From: Candidatus Micrarchaeota archaeon
GTDB taxonomy: Archaea; Micrarchaeota; Micrarchaeia; Norongarragalinales; Norongarragalinaceae
NCBI GenBank assembly: GCA_037444485.1
Contig: JBBIMI010000014.1
Coordinates: 1 to 21,139, forward strand
Direction: 5' to 3'
DNA: 21,139 nucleotides
Shown: positions 1 to 9,196 of the stretch, in pieces
Numbering within the stretch: the stretch's first letter is position 1
Layout of the letters: each line of letters opens with the position of its first letter
The notes under the pieces: generated by a model
What the model was told of the DNA's origin: nothing
Databases searched by the model: none
Seen by the model: the letters and a program-made list of their open reading frames with translations, nothing else
Program-made: the position numbers and the translations under genes

Positions 1-155
1 CAGTCCCAAAAAAATAATAAAAATATAACGATAAAAAGCAATAAAAAAAATAACAGAAAAATAATAAAAAAAGCAATAAAGTATAGTAATAAAAGTATAG
101 TAATAAAATTTTGTTGCGTGAACTTGTTTTTAATTGTTTTTAATTGTTTTGCGCG

Positions 156-896
156 TCAATCGTTTCCGCGTTGCTTGCGGAAAAAACGTTTTTTATTTGC
201 GCGTGCTTGTTTGAAATAATCCGTTTTTGAATAATTTGGTACGTAACCAAATTTTTTCTTAAAGTAGTCTGCAGCTTTACTGTAAGCTCGTTCAGCGTCT
301 TTATCAAAAGGAAATCCTCCTGCTTCATATAATTTAGCTGCTTGCAAAAGGTAGCCGTTGTTTTCGAGGAGTTCGCCGCCTTCCTTATGCAAGCCGGCAG
401 AGTGAAAGAAAGCGAGTAATAAATCATGGTCGAAATCAAAATGTTTTATTTTTTCTCTTGTTTCTAAAAATTTTTGGACGTGTTCGAGCGCTGCTTGCTT
501 TACTTCAGGTTTTTGGAGGAACTCCTGGTTTTTACTTAATATGCCACTCAAGTACCGCTTGGGCTCGGATAGGAATTCGTCAGTCAAGTGTTTTTCTTCA
601 AATAAATTGTTTTTCGCTAGGAAGCCTAGAATTGAAAGCAACGTGGCCTCGCTTTTGAAGTGATTTTTAGCTAAGAGTTTTACACCTTCATCGTATTTTC
701 CGCCTTTAAATAATAGTTTTAACGCCGCGCGTGGACTTAAAATGTTTATAAGGTATTTCGCGCCCTCCAAGTGTTTTCCTTTCTTGTGAAAGTGACTTAT
801 TACTGTATCGTAAAATTCTCTAGCTTTCTTTTTATGTCTCTCGAGCTTGCTTGTAAAAAGTTCTTTCGGCCATCTTTTTTCAACTTTTTCCACCAA
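156..896 (-). CDS. Hypothetical protein, 246 aa, lysine-rich, probably alpha-helical
   Basis: Long ORF with TTG start preceded by SD-like AGGTGGTG (minus strand, ~902-909). No family recognised. The segment LLQAAKLYEAGG...AERAYSKAADYF is loosely helical-repeat-like. Confidence 0.7.
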   Translation of the reverse strand: MVEKVEKRWPKELFTSKLERHKKKAREFYDTVISHFHKKGKHLEGAKYLINILSPRAALKLLFKGGKYDEGVKLLAKNHFKSEATLLSILGFLAKNNLFEEKHLTDEFLSEPKRYLSGILSKNQEFLQKPEVKQAALEHVQKFLETREKIKHFDFDHDLLLAFFHSAGLHKEGGELLENNGYLLQAAKLYEAGGFPFDKDAERAYSKAADYFKKKFGYVPNYSKTDYFKQARANKKRFFRKQRGND

Positions 897-937
897 TTAA
901 ACACCACCTGCTTTTAGCTTTCAAACGAAAGTTTTAA

Positions 938-1960
938 GGCACTGTTTAAGTAATTTCGGGTTTTCTTTAAAAGCCTTCGCTGCCGCTGTTTTTCCTCGTT
1001 TAACCCGCTTTCCGAGCTTTACGCCGCGCTCGGAATACTGGCGAGCAAGGCTCGCGCTAAGCTCGCAACGAAGCGCGAGTTCCAAACACGCGCCAAACAA
1101 TCGAAGAAACGCTTGGTGCACTCAAGCGTTTTGACGCCGCGCTTGCGGCGCAAGCAGTCTCTCAACCGCGAGTTGAGAGACTCCGCAGGATTATTCGACA
1201 AACACCAACCCGCGCCTTGCCAAAAGAAGTTCAAGCTTTTGAAGTGCGCTTGAACGTGCAACGCGCCGCGCAAAACCGCGCGAACCGCGCGCGGGACGCC
1301 GCAAACTCGTCGCTAACGATTACGCGCGGCACGAAGCCCGCCGCGTGCCGCGCTTTCGCGAGCGCTTGCTTCGCAGACTGCAAATCGCGGTTTTCAGTGT
1401 GAAGCAACGCGATTACGCGTTGTTTGTCGTCGCTCACAACCCACAAGTAAGTGAAAAACTTGCGCTTGCTGTTCTTCAAACGCCGCTCGTGCTTCAAAAA
1501 CATTTCGTCGACGTGCCAAACGCGCGAGTACTCGACTCGCGGGAGTTCAACGCTCGCCGCGTTGAACTTCCGGTTCCACAACGACAAATCCGCTTTGCTC
1601 ACGCTGAATTTGAACAAACGCTCGACAAGAATCTGGGTTTGAGCGAGGCTCAAACAGAAGGTTTGCATGAACTCGAGCGACCACGCTACTATTTCAGGCG
1701 GCGCGTTCAAGTAGTAGAAAACAGTGTTCGTGAACGTGCTGAAATACTTTTTGCAGTGCGGGCAAAAGTATTTCTTCGCGCTTGCTTTCTTTATCTTCAA
1801 GCAACCGTCTCCGACGGTTGCTTGCCCGCAACGCGGGCACGGTGGGTTTCGCTTCATAGTTTATCAGACTCCGTGAAGCGTTTCCCACCGTTAACGCTTT
1901 CACTTGAAAACCAAGTTACGCTGGTTTTCAATTAAAAACCAAAGTTAACCGAACAGTCCC
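938..1960 (-). mobile_element. IS6-family insertion sequence, ~1023 bp
   Basis: Imperfect terminal inverted repeats GGCACTGTTTAAGTAATTT (from 938) and GGGACTGTTCGGTTAACTT (reverse complement from 1960), resembling the IS26-type GGCACTGTT end, enclose a DDE transposase. No target-site duplication is visible. Confidence 0.85.
1019..1857 (-). pseudogene. IS6-family (IS240-like) DDE transposase with a 1-nt frameshift
   Basis: N-terminal zinc ribbon CPRCG...YFCPHC and motifs WHVDE, VIVSDE, SNNPAESLN. ORFs 1231..1857 and 1019..1273 join as ...SDEFAA(Y)PRAVRAVLRGALHVQAHF if one base is restored at ~1295/1296 (TC to TAC). Confidence 0.85.
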
Positions 1961-2033
1961 AGGCCACGGTTATTTAAACTTTATATTTTATATTAATAGT
2001 CTCCCAAAACTTTTTTCGTGAAATGCGTAGCAT

Positions 2034-2239
2034 AGCCCCGTCGTATAGTGGCCAAACGCCTTTTTTCTTGCGCTTGGCGCGGAAAGGCGGGCCTTGTATA
2101 ACGGGCTTTGGACCCGTAGACGGCGGTTCGAAACAAAAGCTTTTCTTTCTTGAAAAAAACCTTTTTTCTTTTGGGAAAAGAAAAAACCTTTGGAAAAGGA
2201 AAACTAAGAAAGAAAAATGCGAAAATCCGCCCGGGGCTA
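2034..2239 (+). tRNA. tRNA-Gln(UUG) with two BHB introns; exons 2034-2055, 2096-2132, 2226-2239
   Basis: Spliced 73-nt cloverleaf: acceptor AGCCCCG/CGGGGCT, D arm GTAT-AGTGGCCAA-GTAT, anticodon arm ACGGG-CT TTG GA-CCCGT (TTG at 2108-2110), T arm GGCGG-TTCGAAT-CCGCC. Introns are 2056-2095 (position 21/22) and 2133-2225 (59/60), each with a 4-bp central helix and 3-nt bulges. CCA is not encoded. Confidence 0.93.
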
Positions 2240-2392
2240 TAACTATTAAAGAAAAAAAGAGAAATAAAATAGAAGAAAAAAATAAGATAAAAAAGAGAAA
2301 AAAAGAGAGGGAAAGAAAAAAAAGAGGAGAAGAAAATATGAAAGTGAGGGAGGAAAGAAAAAGAGAATTTGGGTTTGAGGGGTTGCTTGAAT

Positions 2393-2659
2393 TTGGGTAG
2401 GCAGAAAGGACGTTACTTGAACGTAACCGCGAAAAAACTGTTGGAGCAAAACCCTGGTTTGTTTTCAACTGACTTCAACGCGAACAAAGAACAACTTCGA
2501 AAACTAGGGATTCTCGCGGGCGCGATTCAAGAACGGAACAAGCTCGCAGGCGAAATAACGAGTTTGGTTAAACGATTGCGCGCTGAAGCTGAAGCGCGAG
2601 AGGAAAAACGCGCGCCAGCTGCGACTACAAGTGAAGCTGCGGCTGAAGCTACAGTTTGA
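2393..2659 (+). CDS. rps17e: 30S ribosomal protein S17e
   Basis: From TTG 2393 (SD-like GAGGGG upstream): MGRQKGRYLNVTAKKLLEQNPGLFSTDFNANK...RNKLAGEITSL, matching the S17e F-x-x-D-F-x-x-N-K and RNK[IL]AG signatures. Confidence 0.92.
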   Translation: MGRQKGRYLNVTAKKLLEQNPGLFSTDFNANKEQLRKLGILAGAIQERNKLAGEITSLVKRLRAEAEAREEKRAPAATTSEAAAEATV

Positions 2660-2990
2660 ATGCGGTTTAAAGCTTGAATACGGTTTGAAACTAGTTTTGT
2701 TTTCGAATGCCGATTCAGAACCAGTTTCAAATTTTCGAGTCGATTTAATAATTTATTAATAATTTATTTTTCCCCAATAATTTCAATAATTTATTTTCCT
2801 AACGAATTCATCCCAACAATTTTTAAACATAATTAAAAACAACTTCCCTAACGCTTCTACTAACAGACACCCAACAAACGCTTTCCCTAACAACTCTCAA
2901 TAACTCAAACAGTTTTTTCAAAGTTTTTTTCCAAGTTTTTCTTTTTTTCTTTTTTTCTCTTATTTTTTTTCTTTTTTTCTTCTTTTTTTT

Positions 2991-4442
2991 TCAATAACTT
3001 TTCGCGAATAACGCAGTCACGCGCGCTGGCTTGCCGCAGTAAACGCATTTCCCGCCTGCTTCGCTTAACGCTTCAGGCTTGCCTTCAGCGCCGAACGGAA
3101 TTACTCGGATCGTCGCGCCTGAGTCTTCCTTTATTGCTTCTTCGCACCGCGCGTCGAGACACCAACCCGTCTTGACGAAGCCTTTCTTTGTTTCGAGAAG
3201 TTTTTTAAACTCGTCGAAACCGCGTGCTGGCCGAGTGTTTTCGGTTAGAAACGCTTTCGCGCGGTTAAACAAGTTTTCTTGAATTTCTTGCAGTAGTTTC
3301 TCGATGAACGCGGCGGCCTTGTCGTCTGAAACGAATTCCTTCGCGCCCGAATCGCGGCGCGCGACAGTCACGCCTTGCTTTGCGAGTTCCTTCACGCCTA
3401 TTTCCACGCGTACCGGCACGCCTTTGAGTTCCCAGTCGTTGAACTTGAATCCGGGCGTGCGTTCTTCGCGGTCGTCTATCAGCGTGACTATTCCGCGGGC
3501 TTCGAGCGCGCTGCAGAGTTTCTTCGCGCTTATTAAAGCCATTTTGCGTTCTTCGTTCGAGTAATATACTGGCACGATGACGACGTGTAACGGCGCTGCG
3601 TGGGGCGGGAGAATTAAGCCTTTGTCATCGCCGTGAATAGCTGCAACCGCGCCTAAGAGGCGCGTGCTGACTCCCCAACTCGTCTGCCAAGCGTACTCTT
3701 CTTTTTCGTTTTCGTCTTTGAATTTGATGTCGAATATTTTCGCGAAATTTTGGCCAAGCAAGTGTGAAGTGCCGCATTGGAGTGCTTTGCCGTCAGGCAT
3801 GAGTGCTTCGATTGTCGTAGTGTATTCGGCGCCAGGAAATTTTTCAGCCTCGCTTTTGACGCCAGCGTAAACTGGAATTGCGAGAACTTCTTCGCATAAA
3901 GCTTGATACCACTCGAGCGCGCGAGTTACTTGCGCTTCAGCCTCGCTTTTCGACTTGTGGACAGTGTGGCCTTCCTGCCACAAGAACTCGCGCGTGCGCA
4001 GGAATGGTTTCAGTGTTTTCGTGTCCCAACGGACGACGTTGCACCACTGGTTTATTTTGAGGGGCAAGTCGCGGTGCGAGGAAATCCATTTTGCGAAAAG
4101 CGCGTACATTATTGTTTCGCTCGTGGGGCGCAGCGCGAGGCGTTCGCCGAGCGCGTCGTTGCCGCCGTGTGTGACCCAAGCGACTTCAGGCAGGAAGCCC
4201 GCGAAGTGTTCTGCTTCCTTCTGCAATAACGATTCTGGAATGAATAGTGGAAAGTAAGCGTTTTTCACGCCGTCGGACTTGAAGCGTTGGTCTAGGAAGC
4301 CTTGAATTTTTTCCCAAACAGCGTAAGCGCGTTCGCGAATCGCCATGCAGCCTTGCACTGGCGCGTAGTCCATCAACTCTGCTTTCTGCACGAGCTCCAA
4401 GTACCACTCGCTGAAGTCAACAGATTTCTTGTTTTCCATCAT
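2991..4442 (-). CDS. proS: Prolyl-tRNA synthetase, archaeal/eukaryotic type
   Basis: DFSEWY, LRPTSET, FLRTREFLWQEGHT, QTSWGVSTR, KFNDWELKGVP, C-terminal Zn-binding Cys residues and terminal FAKSY. Confidence 0.97.
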   Translation of the reverse strand: MMENKKSVDFSEWYLELVQKAELMDYAPVQGCMAIRERAYAVWEKIQGFLDQRFKSDGVKNAYFPLFIPESLLQKEAEHFAGFLPEVAWVTHGGNDALGERLALRPTSETIMYALFAKWISSHRDLPLKINQWCNVVRWDTKTLKPFLRTREFLWQEGHTVHKSKSEAEAQVTRALEWYQALCEEVLAIPVYAGVKSEAEKFPGAEYTTTIEALMPDGKALQCGTSHLLGQNFAKIFDIKFKDENEKEEYAWQTSWGVSTRLLGAVAAIHGDDKGLILPPHAAPLHVVIVPVYYSNEERKMALISAKKLCSALEARGIVTLIDDREERTPGFKFNDWELKGVPVRVEIGVKELAKQGVTVARRDSGAKEFVSDDKAAAFIEKLLQEIQENLFNRAKAFLTENTRPARGFDEFKKLLETKKGFVKTGWCLDARCEEAIKEDSGATIRVIPFGAEGKPEALSEAGGKCVYCGKPARVTALFAKSY

Positions 4443-4596
4443 GTTTTTTACAACCTAATTTTTTTACGCCTTAAACTTTCTAGGTTTTTCTAGGTTTTAA
4501 GTGCAATGCGGTATTTTAATGTTTTATATTTAATGTTTGATTTCGCGTTTGTTTCCCGACTTTCACGCCTCTTTCCTCGGCTTTCGCTCAGACTTT

Positions 4597-5196
4597 TCAG
4601 TTTTGCAGGACTCCGCCGACGAATCCGGAAACGCGTTTGACGACAGCGTAATTGTCTTTCACGTAAAACGCTTCGTTGCCTTCAACTTCAATCGAATCGC
4701 TGTTAGCATTCAAACCGATTTTGATGCAGTTGCAGCCGCCTTGCGCGACTTCTTTTACTGTGACGATTATTTGCGCTCCTTTACAGTAATTCGTTTTCGC
4801 AGTGCACGTTTCGTTCAACGGGATTCCTTCAACGACGCCGTACACTGAAACGTTTTTACCTAGCACGCGCAGGGTTTTAACGATTTCCGCGGTTTGAATC
4901 GCGACCGCGCTGTTTTTAGTAGAGTTGCCGGAGTAAAGGTTTTCTTGCACTACGATTAGTTGGGGTGCGAGAATGCGTTTCGCTTCGCTGACTGGGTCGC
5001 TCTTGGCGAGCACGCGGAGTCCGCCGACTTCATACTCGTTGACGCGCAGCGTCTTGAACGCGATGAATGCGGTGAGGAAAGCGAGAATGACTACCAAAAT
5101 TATTATCGCGGTCGTGTAATCGCGTTTTTTCCCGCTTGCTTTAATCGTTTTTGCTTCCTTTTTTTCTCCACTCGAATTTTCTTGAGCCAAAAACAA
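4597..5196 (-). CDS. Hypothetical protein with a single N-terminal TM helix and a Cys-containing, probably extracellular, domain
   Basis: Hydrophobic AIIILVVILAFLTAFIAF follows a basic N-terminus. Cys pairs C-x6-C and CNC. Lies between rnz and proS on the same strand. Confidence 0.75.
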   Translation of the reverse strand: MFLAQENSSGEKKEAKTIKASGKKRDYTTAIIILVVILAFLTAFIAFKTLRVNEYEVGGLRVLAKSDPVSEAKRILAPQLIVVQENLYSGNSTKNSAVAIQTAEIVKTLRVLGKNVSVYGVVEGIPLNETCTAKTNYCKGAQIIVTVKEVAQGGCNCIKIGLNANSDSIEVEGNEAFYVKDNYAVVKRVSGFVGGVLQN

Positions 5197-5258
5197 TCAC
5201 GCTCGTTTAAAAACATCGTTTAAAAAAAATCACGTTCTTTAAACTAGTTTGAATGGCT

Positions 5259-6152
5259 TCAAACGAGTAACTCCATTCCTTCTTCCGCGAGTTCGCTTTC
5301 TGTGAAAACCTCGCGCGCTTCCTTCAACAAAACGCTGCGGTCTTCATTGTAACGATTGCTGAAATGCGTTAAGAGTAGTTTTTTGACGCCTGCTTTTTTC
5401 GCGAGTTCTGCAGCTTGCCGAGCTGTGCTGTGCGCCTTGTCTTTCGCCAGCGTTTCGTGAATTGTCGCGAAGCAAGAGTCGTGCACCAGCAAATCAGCTT
5501 TTTTTGCTTCGCGCGCGAGCGACGCGCACGGCATCGTGTCGCCCGAGAAAACGAGTTTCTTTCCTTCCTGCACGAACGTGACTTGCTCGAGTTTGACTTT
5601 CTTGCCGCTCGCTACAGTGACAACGCCTTTTTCCGTGATTTCCGTAAACAACTTGCCGTGAATGCCTGCGGCTCGAGCTTTCGCTTCGTCGAACTTGCGG
5701 CGCGCGTGCTCGACGAACGCGTATCCTACTGCCGGCGTGTTGTGTTTTACTGGAAAAACGCGGACGTTAAACAATTGTTCTTTCAGCGCGACGCCTGTTT
5801 TCACGTCCTTGAATTCGATTGGGAAAAGGGGGCGTAGTTCTCTTGCTTTAAAGAAGGTAGTGAAGAGCTTTTTTGTTCCAGTGGGGCCGAAGACGAGTAA
5901 CGGCTCTCGGCGTCCGACTAGCCCAAGCGTTTGCGTCAACCCGAACAAGCCGAGAAAGTGGTCGGCGTGCAAGTGCGTGACAAAGACGGCTCGTAGTTTA
6001 GCGTAACTAACGCCGTAACGCATCATTTGTTGTTGTACGCCTTCGCAAGCGTCGACGAGGTAAACGCCTCCGTACTTTACTGCAAGGCACGCAGGCAGGT
6101 GCTTGGGGCTGGGAACAGAACCGCCTGTTCCCAAAACAATTACGCGAATCAT
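5259..6152 (-). CDS. rnz: Ribonuclease Z (tRNA 3' processing)
   Basis: VLGTGGSVP, DACEG, metallo-beta-lactamase motif THLHADH, flexible-arm insert, FSGDT, HST, LTHFSNRY. SD TGGTGA upstream. Confidence 0.95.
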   Translation of the reverse strand: MIRVIVLGTGGSVPSPKHLPACLAVKYGGVYLVDACEGVQQQMMRYGVSYAKLRAVFVTHLHADHFLGLFGLTQTLGLVGRREPLLVFGPTGTKKLFTTFFKARELRPLFPIEFKDVKTGVALKEQLFNVRVFPVKHNTPAVGYAFVEHARRKFDEAKARAAGIHGKLFTEITEKGVVTVASGKKVKLEQVTFVQEGKKLVFSGDTMPCASLAREAKKADLLVHDSCFATIHETLAKDKAHSTARQAAELAKKAGVKKLLLTHFSNRYNEDRSVLLKEAREVFTESELAEEGMELLV

Positions 6153-6355
6153 TTTTGTTTGTTTTCACCAGTTTAAGAAAGTTCAATAAAATAATTTTTT
6201 TTGAAGAAACTGGATTTTAAAACAGTTTTAAAGCTTACGGCACGAAGCAGGATGACGCCGGCAAGCATTTCTTTAATCACGAACACGAATACGTGAATAA
6301 AACATAAATAAAAATAAAACATAAATAAAATTTCGGCGTTTATAAAACGTTCAGT

Positions 6356-6410
6356 CAACGCAACGCATGCAACGCTCGCGCAACGCAACCAACGCAACGC
6401 ATGCAACGCT
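6356..6410. repeat. Degenerate CAACG tandem repeat with a duplicated CAACGCAACGCATGCAACGCT unit
   Basis: Read directly in the rnz-lonB intergenic region. Confidence 0.7.
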
Positions 6411-6749
6411 TAGGCGACGAAGAGGAAAAAAGCATTTAATGAAAATTAATGAAGGAAATAAATATGAAGGCAATGAAGGAAATAATCGTTTACGAAAGCA
6501 ATGAAAGAAAAAGTGTTTAATAATTGTTTCTACATAAAAAAAGAATGGATGCGGGGAATGCAAATAAATCAGTAAATAAAATAAATCAGTAAATAAAAAA
6601 TTAATTTAATTCAATAAAAATTCAATAAATTCAATAAATTTTTCAGTTGAATTAACTGCTTTTTTTTAGTCAACTAGTTTTTTGTGTGAGAAGAGAATTC
6701 GTGTAAGAAAAAAATTGGAAAAAATTTGTGGTTAGAAGGGAATCTTAAA

Positions 6750-8000
6750 GTGGCTGGAAAGAAAAAAAAGAAAATCAAGGAAATCAAGGTCAAGAAATTC
6801 AAACCAACACCAGCAGCGTCAGCTGCAGCTCCAGCCGCAGCTCAAGCCGCAGCTTCGGCAGCGCCCGCTCCTACAACAACGCTTGCTGCAAGGCGTGCTG
6901 CAAAGCGTGCTACAAGGCGTGCTGCAGGGCAGGCGGCAGGGCGCGCACCAGCGCTTGCAGCGAAACAAGATTTAAGCAAAATCGAGTCTACAGCTGAAGT
7001 AGTCGTGAGTGACAAGCTCATTAACCAAATCATCGGCCAAGAAAAAGCGGTTGACATCATCAAGAAAGCCGCTTCACAGAAACGCAACGTACTCTTGGTT
7101 GGTTATCCTGGAACCGGAAAATCGCTTATTGCGCAAGCGATGAGCGAGTTGATGCCTGTCGAAGAACTCCAAGACGTCCTAGTTTACCCGAACCCCGTCG
7201 AGGAAAACAACCCGAAAATCGAGGTACTCAAAGCAGGCGAGGGACGCAAGCGCGTCGAGCAAGAACGTGCGCGCAAACAACTCGGCGCGTCAAACATTAG
7301 CCTTGTTTACGTCTTCTTTATTTTTATTGCCGCATTCTTTCTCTTGTCGTTCGGACGCTCGCAATTAGGTGACGTGATTACAGCAGCAATGCTTATAGGC
7401 TTGTTTGTAGTCGGCGGCGTAGTGTTGCTCGGCGCGCAGTTAATGCGCGGACGCTTCATGCAAGAAGCAGACGGGGTAAGGCTCTTAATAGACAATTCAG
7501 ACAAGAAAACAGCGCCCTTCGTTGAAGCAACAGGCGCGCGCGCAGGCGCGTTGCTCGGCGATTGCAGGCACGACCCGTTTCAAAGTTTTAAAGATGCTGG
7601 CGCCTTATTCTTCCAAAATAAGCATTCTAAAGGCTCTAAAAAGAAAAACAAATCTAAATATAGCTTTTTGAAGTTAGATTCTGTTTGGCGTAAATACGCT
7701 AAGAAATACCCCGAGTTGATTGAACGAAACTCCGACGGTTACCAGGCGATAGTACTGCCTAAAAGCGAGGAACTTTTCGTGCTCGGTTTGAAGAATGGGC
7801 AGGCAGTCGCGAGTCGGGTGTTAGTCATAAACCGCAGACCGTACGACGGCGAGATTGTGGAGGTCAGAGCGGGCGCAAGAAAACTCGAAACAACCCCAGA
7901 ACACGCATTCATAATCAAGAACCGCGACAAACCCGCGCGTAACGTCAAGAAAGGCGATGTTTTAAGCATTTTAAGAAAAACTGGTTTTTCCGCAGCCTGA
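6750..8000 (+). CDS. lonB: LonB protease N-terminal fragment (extein to 7583) fused to an N-terminal split intein (7584-7997, 138 aa)
   Basis: QIIGQEKA, Walker A GYPGTGKS, two TM helices, ATGARAGALLGDCRHDPFQ. Then intein Ser1 (SFKD...), block B TTPEHAF, ARNVKKGDVL and stop TGA at 7998-8000. Start is GTG 6750 (alternative TTG 6726). Confidence 0.92.
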   Translation: MAGKKKKKIKEIKVKKFKPTPAASAAAPAAAQAAASAAPAPTTTLAARRAAKRATRRAAGQAAGRAPALAAKQDLSKIESTAEVVVSDKLINQIIGQEKAVDIIKKAASQKRNVLLVGYPGTGKSLIAQAMSELMPVEELQDVLVYPNPVEENNPKIEVLKAGEGRKRVEQERARKQLGASNISLVYVFFIFIAAFFLLSFGRSQLGDVITAAMLIGLFVVGGVVLLGAQLMRGRFMQEADGVRLLIDNSDKKTAPFVEATGARAGALLGDCRHDPFQSFKDAGALFFQNKHSKGSKKKNKSKYSFLKLDSVWRKYAKKYPELIERNSDGYQAIVLPKSEELFVLGLKNGQAVASRVLVINRRPYDGEIVEVRAGARKLETTPEHAFIIKNRDKPARNVKKGDVLSILRKTGFSAA

Positions 8001-8041
8001 TGCATCGTCACTTCATACCTTTTGTTCGAGAAAAAAAATTT

Positions 8042-8075
8042 TTCACCGGCATGGTGGCTGCCGCAAGTTTTTAAA
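8042..8075 (+). promoter_or_regulatory. Candidate TATA promoter for the endonuclease gene (TTCACCGGCA-N12-CAAGTTTTTAAA)
   Basis: TTTTTAAA at 8068-8075 lies about 25 nt upstream of ATG 8099. The same bipartite motif recurs at 10602-10635. Confidence 0.6.
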
Positions 8076-8111
8076 TCAATTTTTCGTCCTAATAAGTCAT
8101 GAACATCATCG

Positions 8112-9146
8112 ATGTTGAAAGCTGTTTTGAAGACATTTTCAGTCGAAGAACAAGAGTCCGCGCAGCAGTATTTCGCTTATCAAAAGTTGAAGAATGAAAA
8201 TCCCGAACGGGGTTACAAACGGTTGGCGAAAGCGCTAGGCGTGAATAAAACTAAAACGCGCGCTTGGAAACAATGGAATTCAAAACCTATCGGCGTAAAA
8301 ACGGTTGAAGAACTGCAAAAAGCAGGCGTCCTGCCTTTTTGTTTTGAAGACGAGAAAGCACCGATAATTGCGAGAATTTTCGGCACTCTATACGGCGACG
8401 GCGGGGTTGACGCGAATTTGAACAACGTTTTCTTCGGTTCAGGCGACCTTGAAGACATCGAACTGTGGAAGCGGGATTTGCTGACTGTTTTTCCTTTTGC
8501 AGAGCGAAACTTGAGTTTGGTCAAGAGCGGAGAGTACGGCGACGGAAATTGCTTGCGTTGCACCAACAGGATGGTAATCCGATTTTTTGTTGCTTTGAAA
8601 GCGCCGTTAGGAAGCAAGATCATACGCGAATATCAGCTTCCAGAATGGGTTAAACAAGCGCCAAACGATTTGACCGCCTTTTTTCTAGACGGTTTTCTAG
8701 CTTGCGAGGTTGGCACTCCGCAGTTCTATCACGACCGCAGGAACAATTCCGAATACCTGTATAACTTCAGTTTCAACTTAAGCAAGTGGGAAGCGCTCGA
8801 AGAAAGTCACTTGCTTTTCTTGTACGACTTGAAGCGCTTGTGCTCCAAAATAGGGGTGAAAACCCATGCCAAGCCGCGCAAGGACGTTCATTTGAAGACC
8901 GAACGAAAAGACGGCAGGACGTCGTACTCGTACCGCGTTCACTTTTGCACTTCATTGGACAACGTGCTCTTGTTCGACTCTTTATTTCCGCTGACATACG
9001 CGAAAAAGAAAAAACAAAACCTAGCCCGAGAAATAATCAAGTCCGTAAGACACCACGAACTTCTGCAACGGCCAGTTAACGCCCTTACCGCCGGACGCTT
9101 TAACGCAATAATTAAATTCCATAAAACCAACATTAATACCGCGTGA
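8112..9146 (+). CDS. Free-standing intein-type (DOD) LAGLIDADG homing endonuclease with N-terminal HTH
   Basis: HTH-like [28 protein letters not shown] motifs [13 protein letters not shown] and [10 protein letters not shown]. Located between the two intein halves. The original start may be ATG 8099 with a +1 shift at ~8120. Confidence 0.88.
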   Translation: MLKAVLKTFSVEEQESAQQYFAYQKLKNENPERGYKRLAKALGVNKTKTRAWKQWNSKPIGVKTVEELQKAGVLPFCFEDEKAPIIARIFGTLYGDGGVDANLNNVFFGSGDLEDIELWKRDLLTVFPFAERNLSLVKSGEYGDGNCLRCTNRMVIRFFVALKAPLGSKIIREYQLPEWVKQAPNDLTAFFLDGFLACEVGTPQFYHDRRNNSEYLYNFSFNLSKWEALEESHLLFLYDLKRLCSKIGVKTHAKPRKDVHLKTERKDGRTSYSYRVHFCTSLDNVLLFDSLFPLTYAKKKKQNLAREIIKSVRHHELLQRPVNALTAGRFNAIIKFHKTNINTA

Positions 9147-9196
9147 AAAATAAATTTTCCGCCGACTGTTTCAAGCATCTGTTGGGCGTAACTAAA

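Noticed and set aside
1280..1300. Programmed frameshift in the transposase
   Set aside because: No slippery sequence at the site, and a single-base loss in a Tyr codon explains it. IS6 transposases are normally single ORFs.
1974..2468. ORFs 1974..2468 (-), 2023..2400 (+) and 2246..2449 (-)
   Set aside because: They overlap the tRNA and low-complexity A-rich DNA, and the translations are compositionally biased artefacts.
2684..2731. Imperfect 16-bp inverted repeat after rps17e
   Set aside because: Plausibly terminator-related between convergent genes, but AT-rich and not distinctive enough to call.
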